Shown here one piece after another: positions 1-11,928 of a DNA stretch of 64,000 bases. The stretch is from Alphaproteobacteria bacterium (GTDB lineage Bacteria > Pseudomonadota > Alphaproteobacteria > GCA-2731375): contig CBDDPY010000002.1 of assembly GCA_965232515.1 (NCBI GenBank), positions 4,832,001-4,896,000 of the forward strand. The letters run 5' to 3'. Positions within the stretch are counted from its first letter, which is position 1. Each line of letters begins with the position of its first letter. A program made the position numbers and the translations under genes. A model generated the notes under the pieces. It saw only the letters and a list, made by a program, of their open reading frames with translations, was not told the origin of the DNA and made no database searches.

Positions 1-1
1 C

Positions 2-400
2 CCGTTCAAGGACCAGGTCAAGGAACTGACCGGCGGCAAGGGCGCGGACGTGATTTACGATCCCGTCGGCGGCGACGTGTTCGATCAGTCGCTGCGCTGC
101 ATCAACTGGGGCGGCCGGCTGCTGGTCATCGGTTTCGCCAGCGGCCGCATTCCCGAGGCGCCGGCCAACCTGGCGCTGCTCAAGGGCTGCGCCATCGTCG
201 GCGTGTTCTGGGGCGCTTACACCGAACGCGATCCGGCCGGCAACGCCAAGAACTTCGAGCGTATCTTCGGCTGGTGGCGCGAGGGCAAGCTGAAGCCGCA
301 TGTCTCGCACCGCTTCCCGCTGGCCCAGGCGTCGGATGCGCTCTACGCGCTGATCGAACGCAAGGTGACCGGCAAGGCGGTGATCGAGATCGGCGCCTGA
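2..400 (+). CDS. NADPH:quinone oxidoreductase (zeta-crystallin/MDR family), 5'-truncated by window edge
   Basis: Frame open from position 2; GGKGADVIYDPVGG, GGRLLVIGFASG and C-terminal GKAVI motifs. Confidence 0.88.
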   Translation, partial: PFKDQVKELTGGKGADVIYDPVGGDVFDQSLRCINWGGRLLVIGFASGRIPEAPANLALLKGCAIVGVFWGAYTERDPAGNAKNFERIFGWWREGKLKPHVSHRFPLAQASDALYALIERKVTGKAVIEIGA

Positions 401-414
401 CGACGATCGGCCCC

Positions 415-1668
415 GTGGACACGGGCGACAAGGCGGTCCGCGCGCAGTACGAGGCCTATCCCTATCCGAACCGCGATCCGGCCGACGAGGCCAGACGGCT
501 GATCACCGGTTCGCCCAGCCATTTGCTGGAGATCGAGCACTATGTCTTCTGCGGCCGGCGTGCCGGGCCGATCCGCGCGCTCGTCGCCGGTGGCGGCACC
601 GGCGATGCCGCGATCATGCTGGCGCAGCATCTGGCCGACCGGGGAGAGGGCGGCGAGGTTGCCTATCTCGACATGTCGGCCGCCAGCATGGCCATCGCAA
701 AGGCCCGCGCCGAGGCCCGCGGTCTGGCGAACATCCGCTTTCACCAGGGATCGCTGCTCGACGTCGCGAACCTGTTGCCCGGGCCGTTCGACTACATCGA
801 CTGCTGCGGCGTACTGCACCATCTCGACGATCCGGCGGAGGGTCTCAACGCCCTTCTGTCGGTGCTGGCGTCGGACGGCGGCATGGGGATCATGCTCTAC
901 GGTGCGTTGGGTCGGACAGGCGTCTATCCTTTGCAACGGGCGCTGCGACGCCTGGCCGGGGACGCGGCGCCGGCAGAGCGCGTGGCGCAGGCCCGCGCCT
1001 TGCTGAACGAACTGCCCGAGACCAACTGGTTCCGGCGCAACCCGTTTCTGGGCGACCATCTGCGCGGCGACGATGCCGGCCTTTACGACCTGTTGCTGCA
1101 TCCGCGCGACCGGGCCTTCACCGTGCCCGAAGTCGCCGAACTTTGCGATGGGGCTGGGTTGCGCATCACCGGCTTCCTGCCGCCGCTGCGTTACGACCCA
1201 TTACTTCTGTTGACCGACGACGCGCTGCGCCGCGCTGCGGCCGAGCTCCCTTGGTTGGAAGCCTGCGCGTTGGCCGAGGAGCTGGCGGGCAACCTGAAGA
1301 CGCATGTGTTCTACGCCGTCCGGCGGGACGCCGCCAACGGCGCGCCGGCCGAGCCGGCGCCGGCAGACGCCGTGCCGGTGCTGCGTGAAAACGCGCCGGA
1401 CAGTCTGGCGCGCGGTCTCGCGAAAACGGCCCGTCTGAAGATCGACCTGGACGGCATTTCGCAACGCTTCGACCTGCCGGCCGGCGCGGCCGATATCGTG
1501 CGCCTCGCGGACGGTCGTCGGAACCTGCAGGAGATTCACCGTCAATTGATGGTGCGAGACGCGAAACTCGATTGGCTCGCTTTCAAGGGCCGCTTCGACC
1601 GGCTCTACGGCTTGCTGCGGCCGCTGAACATGCTGCTGCTTGGCGGGCCCGGCGCGCCGGCGCGCTGA
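415..1668 (+). CDS. Class I SAM-dependent methyltransferase
   Basis: QYEAYPYP, LVAGGGTG (motif I), FDYIDCCGVLHHL; probable GTG start at 415 within ORF 274..1668. Confidence 0.85.
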   Translation: MDTGDKAVRAQYEAYPYPNRDPADEARRLITGSPSHLLEIEHYVFCGRRAGPIRALVAGGGTGDAAIMLAQHLADRGEGGEVAYLDMSAASMAIAKARAEARGLANIRFHQGSLLDVANLLPGPFDYIDCCGVLHHLDDPAEGLNALLSVLASDGGMGIMLYGALGRTGVYPLQRALRRLAGDAAPAERVAQARALLNELPETNWFRRNPFLGDHLRGDDAGLYDLLLHPRDRAFTVPEVAELCDGAGLRITGFLPPLRYDPLLLLTDDALRRAAAELPWLEACALAEELAGNLKTHVFYAVRRDAANGAPAEPAPADAVPVLRENAPDSLARGLAKTARLKIDLDGISQRFDLPAGAADIVRLADGRRNLQEIHRQLMVRDAKLDWLAFKGRFDRLYGLLRPLNMLLLGGPGAPAR

Positions 1669-1701
1669 CGGGTCGAGCATCGGTCCTAACGGCCGATACT
1701 T

Positions 1702-2190
1702 CTAGTCGAGAAAATTGATCGACGGCGGCGGCACGTCGGTCTGCGACAGCAGGCAATGCACCTGGCCGCGATGATGGGTTTGATGGTTGAAGATATGGGT
1801 CAGCAGATGGCCGAGCGCGTGCGTCTCGCGGCCGCCGGCGAGCGGCGACCAGGTCACATCGGATAACAGATCCCGATCCGTCAGCGCGTCGACGAAGGCG
1901 ATGATCGCCTCGTCTTCCCGCTTGCGGTCTGTCTGCAGGGCCGGCAGGGTGTCATGCAAAATCTGGTCGAGCGCGGTGATGCCATGCGGCTTGTCCCGTA
2001 GCCGTCCGAACCAGAGCCGGTCGCAGACCAGCAAATGGTTCAGCGTGTTGTGGATGCTGCCGAAATAGCACGGCCGAGAAGCCAGGTAGTCGGCGAGCTC
2101 CAGGCGGGCGCAAGCTTCGTACAGCGCCGCGTTGGCGCGCCGATTATAGCGCGCCAGGGCGCGGTAGGTGTCGATGGCGGGCGAGGTCAT
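1702..2190 (-). CDS. DinB family protein
   Basis: YNRRAN, FGSIHNTLNHLL, HIFNHQTHHRGQ motifs. Confidence 0.9.
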   Translation of the reverse strand: MTSPAIDTYRALARYNRRANAALYEACARLELADYLASRPCYFGSIHNTLNHLLVCDRLWFGRLRDKPHGITALDQILHDTLPALQTDRKREDEAIIAFVDALTDRDLLSDVTWSPLAGGRETHALGHLLTHIFNHQTHHRGQVHCLLSQTDVPPPSINFLD

Positions 2191-2213
2191 GCCGCCCCGC
2201 GTTCCGGCGGTCC

Positions 2214-2417
2214 TCAGATCCGCCAGAACGGCTTGTATGACTCGTCGATGGCCTGCTGTCGCGTCAAGCCCATGTCATGCAGCAGGCGGTCGTCCAGCTG
2301 CGACAGCAGGTGACGCTCGCTCGCCCGCGCCTGCCAGGTCAGCAGCGTGTCGGCAATTGCCGCGGGCAGTTGCTTCAGATCAAAACCCTTGATCGTAACC
2401 GGGAGCGCGCGAAGCAT
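2214..2417 (-). CDS. DUF1127 (YjiS-like) small protein
   Basis: W..R..ER..LSQLDDRLLHDMGLTR...KPFWR signature. Confidence 0.9.
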   Translation of the reverse strand: MLRALPVTIKGFDLKQLPAAIADTLLTWQARASERHLLSQLDDRLLHDMGLTRQQAIDESYKPFWRI

Positions 2418-2503
2418 GTCGGTATCTCCTCATTTCGTGTTTTCGTGACTAATAAATGGCGGTTTACGGGCTTGACGACAAACGATCATTTCTCATATTT
2501 TCG

Positions 2504-2518
2504 ATAAGTAAATTTTAT
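2504..2518. promoter_or_regulatory. LysR-type T-N11-A box (ATAA-N7-TTAT)
   Basis: ATAAGTAAATTTTAT overlaps the LysR start codon in the AT-rich divergent intergenic region. Confidence 0.65.
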
Positions 2519-3440
2519 GAATCAGAAGCTTCAAAGCCGGCGTCTGCCGCCGCTCAACAGCATCCGGGCCTTCGAGGCGGCGGCTCGGCACCTGAGCTTC
2601 ACGCGCGCGGCCGAGGAGCTGTTCGTCACCCAGGCTGCGGTCAGCCATCAGGTCAAGACGCTGGAGGAATGGCTGGGCCTGCCGCTGTTCCGTCGCCGCA
2701 ACCGGCAGGTCTTTCTGACCGAGGCGGGACAGAGCTATCTGCCGGCCGTGCGCGAGGCGCTGGACGGGCTGTCGGCGGCGACGCGGCGGCTGGTCGAGCA
2801 GGACGCCGGCGGCACGCTGACGGTCAGCCTGCTACCGTCATTCGCGGCCAAGTGGCTGGTGCCGCGGCTGCGCGGCTTCCGCGAGCGCCATCCCGACATC
2901 GAGGTGCGGATTGACGCCGACGACAAGCTGGTCGATTTCAGCCGCGATGATGTCGATATCGGCATTCGCTATGGCGCCGGCGGCTGGCCCGGCGTCGAGG
3001 CCACCAAGTTCCTGACCGAGGACCGGTTCCCGGTCTGCAGTCCCGATCTGTTGCGGGGATCGCATCCGCTGCGGGCGCCCGCCGATCTTAAGCATCAAAC
3101 CCTGCTGCACGACGACACGCGGGACGACTGGCGGGCCTGGCTGCTGGCGGCCGGGATCGACGACGTCGACCCGCGCTACGGCCATGCCTTCAACGATTCC
3201 AGCATGCTGTTGGAAGCCGCTATCGACGGTCAAGGCGTCGCGTTGGCGCGTGGCGCGCTCGCCTCGCGCGACCTCAGCGCTGGCCGGCTGGTCAAGCCAT
3301 TCGATGTCGAGTTGCCCGCGCGCTTCGCCTACTACATCGTGCACGCTCCGGGCGCCGGCCAACTGCCGAAGATCCGTGCCTTTGTCGACTGGCTGCTATC
3401 GGTCGTCGCGGCCGAAGATGTTGTTGAGCGCGAAACTTGA
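2517..3440 (+). CDS. gcvA: LysR-family regulator, GcvA-like
   Basis: RRLPPLNSIRAFEAAARHLSFTRAAEELFVTQAAVSHQVK HTH; GcvA-type substrate-binding domain. Confidence 0.88.
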   Translation: MNQKLQSRRLPPLNSIRAFEAAARHLSFTRAAEELFVTQAAVSHQVKTLEEWLGLPLFRRRNRQVFLTEAGQSYLPAVREALDGLSAATRRLVEQDAGGTLTVSLLPSFAAKWLVPRLRGFRERHPDIEVRIDADDKLVDFSRDDVDIGIRYGAGGWPGVEATKFLTEDRFPVCSPDLLRGSHPLRAPADLKHQTLLHDDTRDDWRAWLLAAGIDDVDPRYGHAFNDSSMLLEAAIDGQGVALARGALASRDLSAGRLVKPFDVELPARFAYYIVHAPGAGQLPKIRAFVDWLLSVVAAEDVVERET

Positions 3441-3518
3441 CCCGTCCCACTCCCCCACCCGACCACCCACGGAAGTATGCTTGATGGGTGGTCGGGTGGG
3501 GGAGTGGGACGGGTCAAG
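3436..3518. repeat. Perfect 34-bp inverted repeat with 15-nt loop (REP-like palindrome)
   Basis: CTTGACCCGTCCCACTCCCCCACCCGACCACCCA (3436-3469) and its exact reverse complement (3485-3518), between convergent genes. Confidence 0.9.
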
Positions 3519-3541
3519 CCCTGGCCCTTAGGGCCAGTTCT

Positions 3542-5494
<1,953 letters not shown>

Positions 5495-5670
5495 ACGAAT
5501 CTCCCAGACAGCGTTGTTCGTTTCGGCGCAGTATCGCGGCTTCGTCCGATGCCGCCAAGTGGGGTCTGGCCTGCGCTTCCTGCACTGGTGCAAGTGGATC
5601 GGGGCCATTAGACTCCCGCACCAATGTCCTTCATGTCGGTTTTTTCCGTTCAGCCAGCAATCGAGCTGTC

Positions 5671-6630
5671 GTGACGGTCGGCAACGGCCAGGCCATGCGC
5701 GGCCGCCTGCTGGCGCTGCCGGCGAATGTGCGCGGTGCGCTGTGGGTGTTGCTGGCGGCGACGCTGTTCGCCGGCATGGGCACGCTCGTCAAGTTGCTGG
5801 GCGACCGCTTCGACAGCTTCCAGCTCGCCTTTTTCCGCGCGCTGTTCGGGTTCCTGGCGATCCTGCCGTTCGTCGTCCGCATGGGCGTCGCCGAATTGCG
5901 GACCAAGCGACCGGGGCTTCATTTCCTGCGCGGCATCGGCGGCGCCTCGGCCATGCTCTGCGGTTTCTACGCCATCACGCATCTGACGTTCGCCGACGCC
6001 GTGTCGTTGAGCTATGCGCGCTCGCTGTTCCTGATCCCGCTGGCGGTGGTGTTCCTGGGCGAGACCGTGCGCGCGCGGCGCTGGACCGCGACCGCCATCG
6101 GTTTCGTCGGCGTGGTCATCATGATGCGGCCGACCGGGGCCATCGAGCTGGCCACGTTCGTCGCCATCCTCGGCGCCTTCCTGGTCGCCGCCGTCACCAT
6201 CATGGTGAAGAAGCTGGCCGAGACCGACCGGCCGGAGACGCTGATCTTCTATTTCGGTGTGATCTCGACCACCGTCGCCCTGCTGCCGGCGCTGCAGGTC
6301 TGGCGGTCCCCGGCCTGGGACGAGCTCGCCTTGCTGATGCTCGTCGGGGCCTTTGGCGCGGGCGCGCAATACTGCATGATCCGTGGGTATCGCATCGGCG
6401 AGGCGACGGCGGTGATCCCGTTCGATTATGCGCGGCTGCTGCTCGTCGGCATCATCGGTGTCATCGTATTCGCCGAGATCCCGGACGCCTGGACGCTGAC
6501 CGGGGCCGCGGTGATCGTCGTCTCGACGCTCTATATCGCCTTGCGCGAGGCCCAGCTCGGCAAGCCGAAGGAGCCGGTCGAACCGTCGGTCAACCCGCCG
6601 GTCGTGCCGGCGGAGGCGAAACGGGACTAA
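5671..6630 (+). CDS. DMT/EamA family transporter
   Basis: About 10 hydrophobic segments, FLGE.V..RRW, PFDYARL; start at 5671 or 5695. Confidence 0.88.
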   Translation: MTVGNGQAMRGRLLALPANVRGALWVLLAATLFAGMGTLVKLLGDRFDSFQLAFFRALFGFLAILPFVVRMGVAELRTKRPGLHFLRGIGGASAMLCGFYAITHLTFADAVSLSYARSLFLIPLAVVFLGETVRARRWTATAIGFVGVVIMMRPTGAIELATFVAILGAFLVAAVTIMVKKLAETDRPETLIFYFGVISTTVALLPALQVWRSPAWDELALLMLVGAFGAGAQYCMIRGYRIGEATAVIPFDYARLLLVGIIGVIVFAEIPDAWTLTGAAVIVVSTLYIALREAQLGKPKEPVEPSVNPPVVPAEAKRD

Positions 6631-7016
6631 TCGTCGTCGGGCAGCCCGTCGGCGCCTTTCGACAGCGCGATCCGCGCCTGTTCCCGGTGTTTGTCCGTAA
6701 CGTTGGCGCCGATGGTGCGCAGCGCCGTGAACAGCACCGCGGCATCGTCGGTAAAGCCGAGCGCGGCGATGAAGTCGGGGATCATGTCGGTGGGGATGAC
6801 GAAATAGGCGATTGCGCCCAGCAGCACCGCCTTGGCGTGCGCCGGCGTCGCCGGGTCCATGGCGCAGTAATAGGCCGCCACCAGCTCGTCGGCGAAGGGG
6901 ACGCGCGACAGGACCCGTTTCAGCTTCGGCCAGAAACGGCGGCGCAGCTTGGGCGTATCACGCGCCAGCTTTTCGGAATCGTAGACCGCGAGCTCGCGGC
7001 TGTCCGTCTCCATCAT
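6627..7016 (-). CDS. YkvA/DUF1232 family membrane protein
   Basis: AIAYFVIPTDMIPDFI..LGFTDD signature. Confidence 0.88.
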   Translation of the reverse strand: MMETDSRELAVYDSEKLARDTPKLRRRFWPKLKRVLSRVPFADELVAAYYCAMDPATPAHAKAVLLGAIAYFVIPTDMIPDFIAALGFTDDAAVLFTALRTIGANVTDKHREQARIALSKGADGLPDDD

Positions 7017-7128
7017 CGATCCATTATATGGGGCGGCCGGTCGGCCGCCGCAACGCGGCTGACAACTCGCCAAGCCCCGGTTGATTTGTTATGACGCCGG
7101 TAATTCTGCAATAGGGAGCGTAAACACC

Positions 7129-7890
7129 ATGCAAATCGACGGAATTGCGGCTGTTGTCACGGGCGGTGCATCGGGATTGGGCGAAGCGACGGCCCGTGAA
7201 CTGGCGGGCGCGGGCGCGAAGGTGGCGCTGTTCGACCTGAACGAGGCCCGCGGCCAGGACGTCGCCGGCGAGATCGGCGGCCTGTTCGTGAGCTGCAACG
7301 TCGTCAGCGGCGATGGCGCCGCGGCGGCCTTCGCCAAGGCCAAGGAGGCGCATGGCCCGGCCCGGATCCTGGTGAACTGCGCCGGCATCGGCATCGGCAC
7401 CAAGACCACCAGCCGCGGCGAGCCGCATCCGCTCGATCAGTTTGCCAAGGTCATCAACATCAACCTGATCGGCACCTTCAACTGCATCCGCCTCGGCGCC
7501 ACCGACATGGTGGGCACGGACCCGCTGGACGACGGCGAGCGCGGCGTGATCATCAACACCGCCTCGGTCGCGGCCTTCGATGGCCAGATCGGTCAGGCCG
7601 CCTACTCGGCGTCCAAGGGCGGCATCGTCGGCATGACGCTGCCGATCGCCCGGGACCTGGCGGACAAGGGCGTGCGCGTGTGCACCATCGCGCCGGGCCT
7701 GTTCTCGACGCCGCTGCTGCACGGCCTGCCGGACGATGTGAAGGCATCGTTGGCGGCCAGCGTGCCGTTCCCGAGCCGCCTGGGCGAGCCGGCCGAATAC
7801 GCGGCGCTGGCCCGGCATATCGTCGAGAACGCCATGCTGAACGGCGAGACCATCCGTCTCGACGGCGCCATCCGCATGGCGCCGCGCTGA
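7129..7890 (+). CDS. SDR, 3-hydroxyacyl-CoA dehydrogenase type II-like
   Basis: [30 protein letters not shown]. Confidence 0.92.
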   Translation: MQIDGIAAVVTGGASGLGEATARELAGAGAKVALFDLNEARGQDVAGEIGGLFVSCNVVSGDGAAAAFAKAKEAHGPARILVNCAGIGIGTKTTSRGEPHPLDQFAKVININLIGTFNCIRLGATDMVGTDPLDDGERGVIINTASVAAFDGQIGQAAYSASKGGIVGMTLPIARDLADKGVRVCTIAPGLFSTPLLHGLPDDVKASLAASVPFPSRLGEPAEYAALARHIVENAMLNGETIRLDGAIRMAPR

Positions 7891-7942
7891 TCGGCTGCGC
7901 TAGACTAAGGATCGACAGGGGTATCGAAGGCGGGGTCGGAAC

Positions 7943-8773
7943 ATGCCGAAAAAGTTGTCGCGGGCGCAGATCGAGGCTTATCGGACGGAAGGCTATTTAT
8001 GTCCGATCCCCGGCATCGGCGGCGACGACGCGGCGCGTTTCCGGGCCTGCCTCGAGGCCTTCGAGGCCGAGCGTGGGACGACGCTCGGCCAGATGCCCGG
8101 CGCCATGCGGGCGAAGACGCACCTGCTGTTCACCTGGATGGCCGAACTGGTCCGGCATGCCGCGATCCTCGACGCGGTCGAGGATCTGATTGGCCCGGAC
8201 ATCCTGCTGTTTCATCTGACCTGCTGGCTGAAGGAGCCGGGTGACGGCGCCGTCGTGCCCTGGCACCAGGACGCGACGTATTTTGCGCTCGAGCCGTTCG
8301 AGCACGTCACCGCCTGGGTCGGCCTGACCGACAGCAGCATCGAGAACGGCTGCGTGCACGTGCTGCCGGGCAGCCACGACGAAGGGCAACAGACGCACGT
8401 GCAGGACAGTGTCGAGAACAATCTGCTGTCGCGCGGTCAGTCCCTGCCGGCCGATTACGACACCTCGAACGCCGTCGCGCTGACCATGGCGGCCGGCGAG
8501 TTCTCGCTGCACCACACGCATCTGATCCACCGCTCCGAACCGAACCGGACGGACGAGCGCCGCATCGGCATCGGCATCAGCTATGTGCCGGCGCGGGTCC
8601 GCCATCTGGGCCCGCAGCGTCTCAGCGCGTCGCTGGTGCGAGGCGAGGACCGGTTCGGCCATTTCGAGCCGGAGCCTCGGCCATCCCGCGATCTCGACCC
8701 GGCGATCGTCGCCCGGCACGCCGACTATATGGGCCGGTTCTTCCAGATCGACAGCGCGCCCACGGCCGCCTGA
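7943..8773 (+). CDS. Phytanoyl-CoA dioxygenase (PhyH) family Fe/2OG enzyme
   Basis: WHQD...HRSEPN...RIG facial-triad motifs. Confidence 0.88.
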   Translation: MPKKLSRAQIEAYRTEGYLCPIPGIGGDDAARFRACLEAFEAERGTTLGQMPGAMRAKTHLLFTWMAELVRHAAILDAVEDLIGPDILLFHLTCWLKEPGDGAVVPWHQDATYFALEPFEHVTAWVGLTDSSIENGCVHVLPGSHDEGQQTHVQDSVENNLLSRGQSLPADYDTSNAVALTMAAGEFSLHHTHLIHRSEPNRTDERRIGIGISYVPARVRHLGPQRLSASLVRGEDRFGHFEPEPRPSRDLDPAIVARHADYMGRFFQIDSAPTAA

Positions 8774-8778
8774 GGCCG

Positions 8779-9198
8779 GTGCCGGTGCATCGAATTTTTG
8801 TCTACGGCACGCTGAAGCGGGGCTTTCCGAACTTCAACGCTGGCATGCAGGACCAGCGTTTCATCGGCCGCTATCGCACCGCCGAGGCCTATCCGCTGGT
8901 CATCGCCGGCCGCTGGCTGACGCCGGTGATGATCGCCGAGCCCGGCGCCGGCCACCGCGTGTTCGGCGAGCTGTTCGAGGTAACCGACCAGGCGCTGGCA
9001 TTGCTCGACCGCCTGGAAGGCACCCACCTGCCGGCCGGCTATCATCGCGACACAATCCAAGTCGAACACCCGGCCGATGGCGCCAGCGCGGATGCCTGGG
9101 TCTATTTCAAGCACCGCGACCGCATCGACGTCATCCACACCGAGCCGATGCCGGAATACGCCCTCGATCCGCGCTACATCCCGCCGACTAGACGCTAG
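8779..9198 (+). CDS. Gamma-glutamylcyclotransferase family protein
   Basis: IFVYGTLKRG, V.GEL, LDRLEG. Confidence 0.88.
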   Translation: MPVHRIFVYGTLKRGFPNFNAGMQDQRFIGRYRTAEAYPLVIAGRWLTPVMIAEPGAGHRVFGELFEVTDQALALLDRLEGTHLPAGYHRDTIQVEHPADGASADAWVYFKHRDRIDVIHTEPMPEYALDPRYIPPTRR

Positions 9199-9820
9199 CG
9201 TCGACGGCCTTCAGCTCAGGAAATCCCTTGTACCGGTCGCTGTGATCGCCGGCGTGGTTGGTCATGCCTGGCTTGGTTAGGCAGCCCTTCGGCGCGACGT
9301 AGCTGTCGATCCGGCGGGTCGGACGTTCGTGCCAGGTGATGTTGAAGGCCGCCAGCTTGGGAAAGAAGTAGAGGCTGTCGTAGGGCAGGTGGTCGTGGAT
9401 CCACCAGGCGAGCGACCGCCAGTCGGCGCCGGCTTCATAGCGGTCGGCGAACCAGGGAACGACGACGCTCGCCGTGGCGCCCATGCAGCCGTCGGCGTCG
9501 CGGCGGTCCCAGATGTGATTGGCGTAGGTCGCCTCGTTGCGGGCGCAGCTCAGGCCGTGCTTGTTGCCGAAGGCGTTCACTTCCGGCGACCGGTAGGCCG
9601 AGCGGATCGCCAGACCGCCGAAGCTGGCGCGCAGCGGTTCCAGCAGCGCTTCGCACAGCCGGCGACCGGCGGCGATCGCGAGATCCGGGTCGTCGGGAAT
9701 GTTCGGGATGCCGTAGAAGCTGCCGATCTCGCTGTAGAGGAAGTCCCGGAAATAGAACGATTTCGACAATCGAACCCGGCCGAGCCGCTCCAGCCCCCGC
9801 ATCGATCCCGGCTTGCGCAA
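9188..9820 (-). CDS. Conserved hypothetical protein, distant peptidase M15A-like
   Basis: RLSKSFYFRDFLYSE, LLEPLR, IRSAYRSPEVN; TTG start. Confidence 0.7.
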   Translation of the reverse strand: MRKPGSMRGLERLGRVRLSKSFYFRDFLYSEIGSFYGIPNIPDDPDLAIAAGRRLCEALLEPLRASFGGLAIRSAYRSPEVNAFGNKHGLSCARNEATYANHIWDRRDADGCMGATASVVVPWFADRYEAGADWRSLAWWIHDHLPYDSLYFFPKLAAFNITWHERPTRRIDSYVAPKGCLTKPGMTNHAGDHSDRYKGFPELKAVDASV

Positions 9821-9827
9821 GCGGCTG

Positions 9828-10118
9828 CTATCCGGCGTAGCCGTCGATCGCCTTGGCGAGCGCGATATCGCGTTCGCTCAGGCCGTCGGCGTCATGGGTC
9901 GACAGCGTGATGTCGACCCGGTTGTACACATTGAACCATTCCGGATGGTGGTCCATCTGATCCGCCTTCAGCGCGACCCGGGTCATGAAGCCGAAGGCCG
10001 CGTTGAAGTCCGCGAACTGAAAGCTCTTTTCAATCGCATCCCGCCCCTCAACCTCTTTCCAGCCGGACAGTTCCGCCAGCGCGGCGGCGCGCGCCGCCGC
10101 GTCGAGTTTCGCGATCAT
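9828..10118 (-). CDS. phhB: Pterin-4-alpha-carbinolamine dehydratase
   Basis: [19 protein letters not shown]. Confidence 0.93.
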   Translation of the reverse strand: MIAKLDAAARAAALAELSGWKEVEGRDAIEKSFQFADFNAAFGFMTRVALKADQMDHHPEWFNVYNRVDITLSTHDADGLSERDIALAKAIDGYAG

Positions 10119-10148
10119 GTCTCCGTCTCCCTTGTCGGCGCTATCCGA

Positions 10149-11810
10149 TTATGAACGTTTCGGGCGGAAGGCGCGGGCCTGCTGTCGGGCTTCCTCGATC
10201 TGCGCCGGCGTCATTTGCGCCGCCAGCCGGCCGCGGCCCGACACCGCCTGCGCCGCCACCTGACCACCCTCGTTCTGATCGACGCCCTGTGGCGTCCCCG
10301 CCAGTTCGAACCAGCGATAGGCGGCGACCGGATCGCGCGGCAGACCGACGCCATTCATATAGATGGCCGCCAGATTGAACTGGGCGCGGGCGTGGCCCCG
10401 CTCGGCGGCGCGCCGGAACCAGTTGGCCGCGGCGACCGGGTTGCGCGGCACGCCAAAGCCCTGGCTGTGCATGTAGCCGAGGTTGAACTGCGCCGGCGCG
10501 TAGTCGCTCTCCGCTGCGCGCCGGATCCAGGCGCCGCCGCGCCGGACATCCTGGTCGAGGCCCAGACCGCGCAGATAGAGCCGGCCAATGGCGTTCTGCG
10601 CGCGCGGCAGCCCGTTTTCGGCCGCCCGGCGATACCAGCGCGCGGCCGCGAAGGCGTCGGCCGGCATGCCCAGGCCACGCTCGTGCATGCGGCCGATCAC
10701 GAACTGCGCCGTCGGGTTGCCGTAATCGGCGAAGGGCGTGCAGCGGCGAAGCGCCTCCTGCCACTGTTGCAGCGTGAAGGCCAGCAGACAGAAGGTGGTC
10801 GCCTTGCGGTCTTCCGGTCCGCGGGCCGGATTCAGATCGTAGGTCTTCGGCAGGCCGTCGGCCAGTTCGACGATCAGCGCCTTGGCGGCCGGGTTCTGTT
10901 GCTGCACGGCCTTGCCGAGCCAGAGGAAGGCGCCGAACGTGTCGCGCAAGCGCGGCCGATCGATCAGCAGATAGCGGCTCAGCCGGATCTGGCTGGCGGC
11001 CAGGTCCTGCGCCGCCGCTCGTTGCAGCCAGAACGCCGCCTCGTTGGGGTCGGGTTCCGTTTCGACGCCGTCGAACAGATAGAGTGCCAGGTTGTGCTGT
11101 GCGCCGGCCACGCCCTGTTCGGCCGCGCGCCGGAACAGCGTCGATGCCAGCGCCCGGTCCTGATCGACGCCGACGCCGGCGTGATAGCGCTGGCCAAGAT
11201 CGAACTGCGCTTCGGCGTCGCCCGCGATCGCCGCGTCGCTGAGCCACTTGATGGCCTGGTCGAGATCCGGGTCCATGCCGATGCCGGCGGCGTGGTATTG
11301 GCCGACGCGCCGCATCGCCGGCGGAAAGCCCTGTTTGGCGGCCTTTTGAAACCACTGAAACGCCTCGTTGTAGTCGAGCTTGATGCCGTGGCCGCGGTCG
11401 TATTGCCGGCCCAGATTGTATTGCGCCTGGGCGGAGCCCTGCTCGGCGGCCCGTCGGTTCCATTCCGCCGCCGCGGCGCGGTCCCGGGGCACGCCCAGGC
11501 CGTCGAAATAAATTCGGCCGAGGTCGAGCTGCGCCATCAGGAAGCCCTGTTCGGCCGAGAGTTTCAGCCACTCGGCCGCCGTCACGCCGTTCCGGGCCAC
11601 GCCGAAGCCATAGAGGTATAAAAGACCCAGGCGATACTGGGCCTGCGCGTCGCCCGCTTCGCCCAGCGGCTTCCAGGTATCGTGCGCGGCCTCGAAGTCA
11701 CCCGCGCCATAGGCTTGCAGGCCGGAAATGAAATCTGCCCGGGCCGGCATCGCCAGGAATATCGCGGCGGCCGCGACGGCGAACTTCAGGCGGCGGTATT
11801 TACGCATCAC
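10149..11810 (-). CDS. Secreted SEL1-like repeat protein
   Basis: Signal peptide (PARA|DF); many AQxxLG..Y..G.G....A..W...AAEQG repeats in two blocks. Confidence 0.9.
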   Translation of the reverse strand: MMRKYRRLKFAVAAAAIFLAMPARADFISGLQAYGAGDFEAAHDTWKPLGEAGDAQAQYRLGLLYLYGFGVARNGVTAAEWLKLSAEQGFLMAQLDLGRIYFDGLGVPRDRAAAAEWNRRAAEQGSAQAQYNLGRQYDRGHGIKLDYNEAFQWFQKAAKQGFPPAMRRVGQYHAAGIGMDPDLDQAIKWLSDAAIAGDAEAQFDLGQRYHAGVGVDQDRALASTLFRRAAEQGVAGAQHNLALYLFDGVETEPDPNEAAFWLQRAAAQDLAASQIRLSRYLLIDRPRLRDTFGAFLWLGKAVQQQNPAAKALIVELADGLPKTYDLNPARGPEDRKATTFCLLAFTLQQWQEALRRCTPFADYGNPTAQFVIGRMHERGLGMPADAFAAARWYRRAAENGLPRAQNAIGRLYLRGLGLDQDVRRGGAWIRRAAESDYAPAQFNLGYMHSQGFGVPRNPVAAANWFRRAAERGHARAQFNLAAIYMNGVGLPRDPVAAYRWFELAGTPQGVDQNEGGQVAAQAVSGRGRLAAQMTPAQIEEARQQARAFRPKRS

Positions 11811-11928
11811 AACGTCGGATGGGACTGCCCATTTTCGGTTCGGTTGACCCGTTTGAGTTTAGCCAGGAAGCCGTTGTCTGGCGAGGCGCGTTCTTGGCGG
11901 CGTCATGTCTTGCAGATAATCTCGGCCA

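Noticed and set aside
10149-11810. Periodic roughly 108-bp similarity suggesting an array
   Set aside because: Degenerate protein-level SEL1 repeats, not CRISPR or DNA repeats; no cas genes in the window
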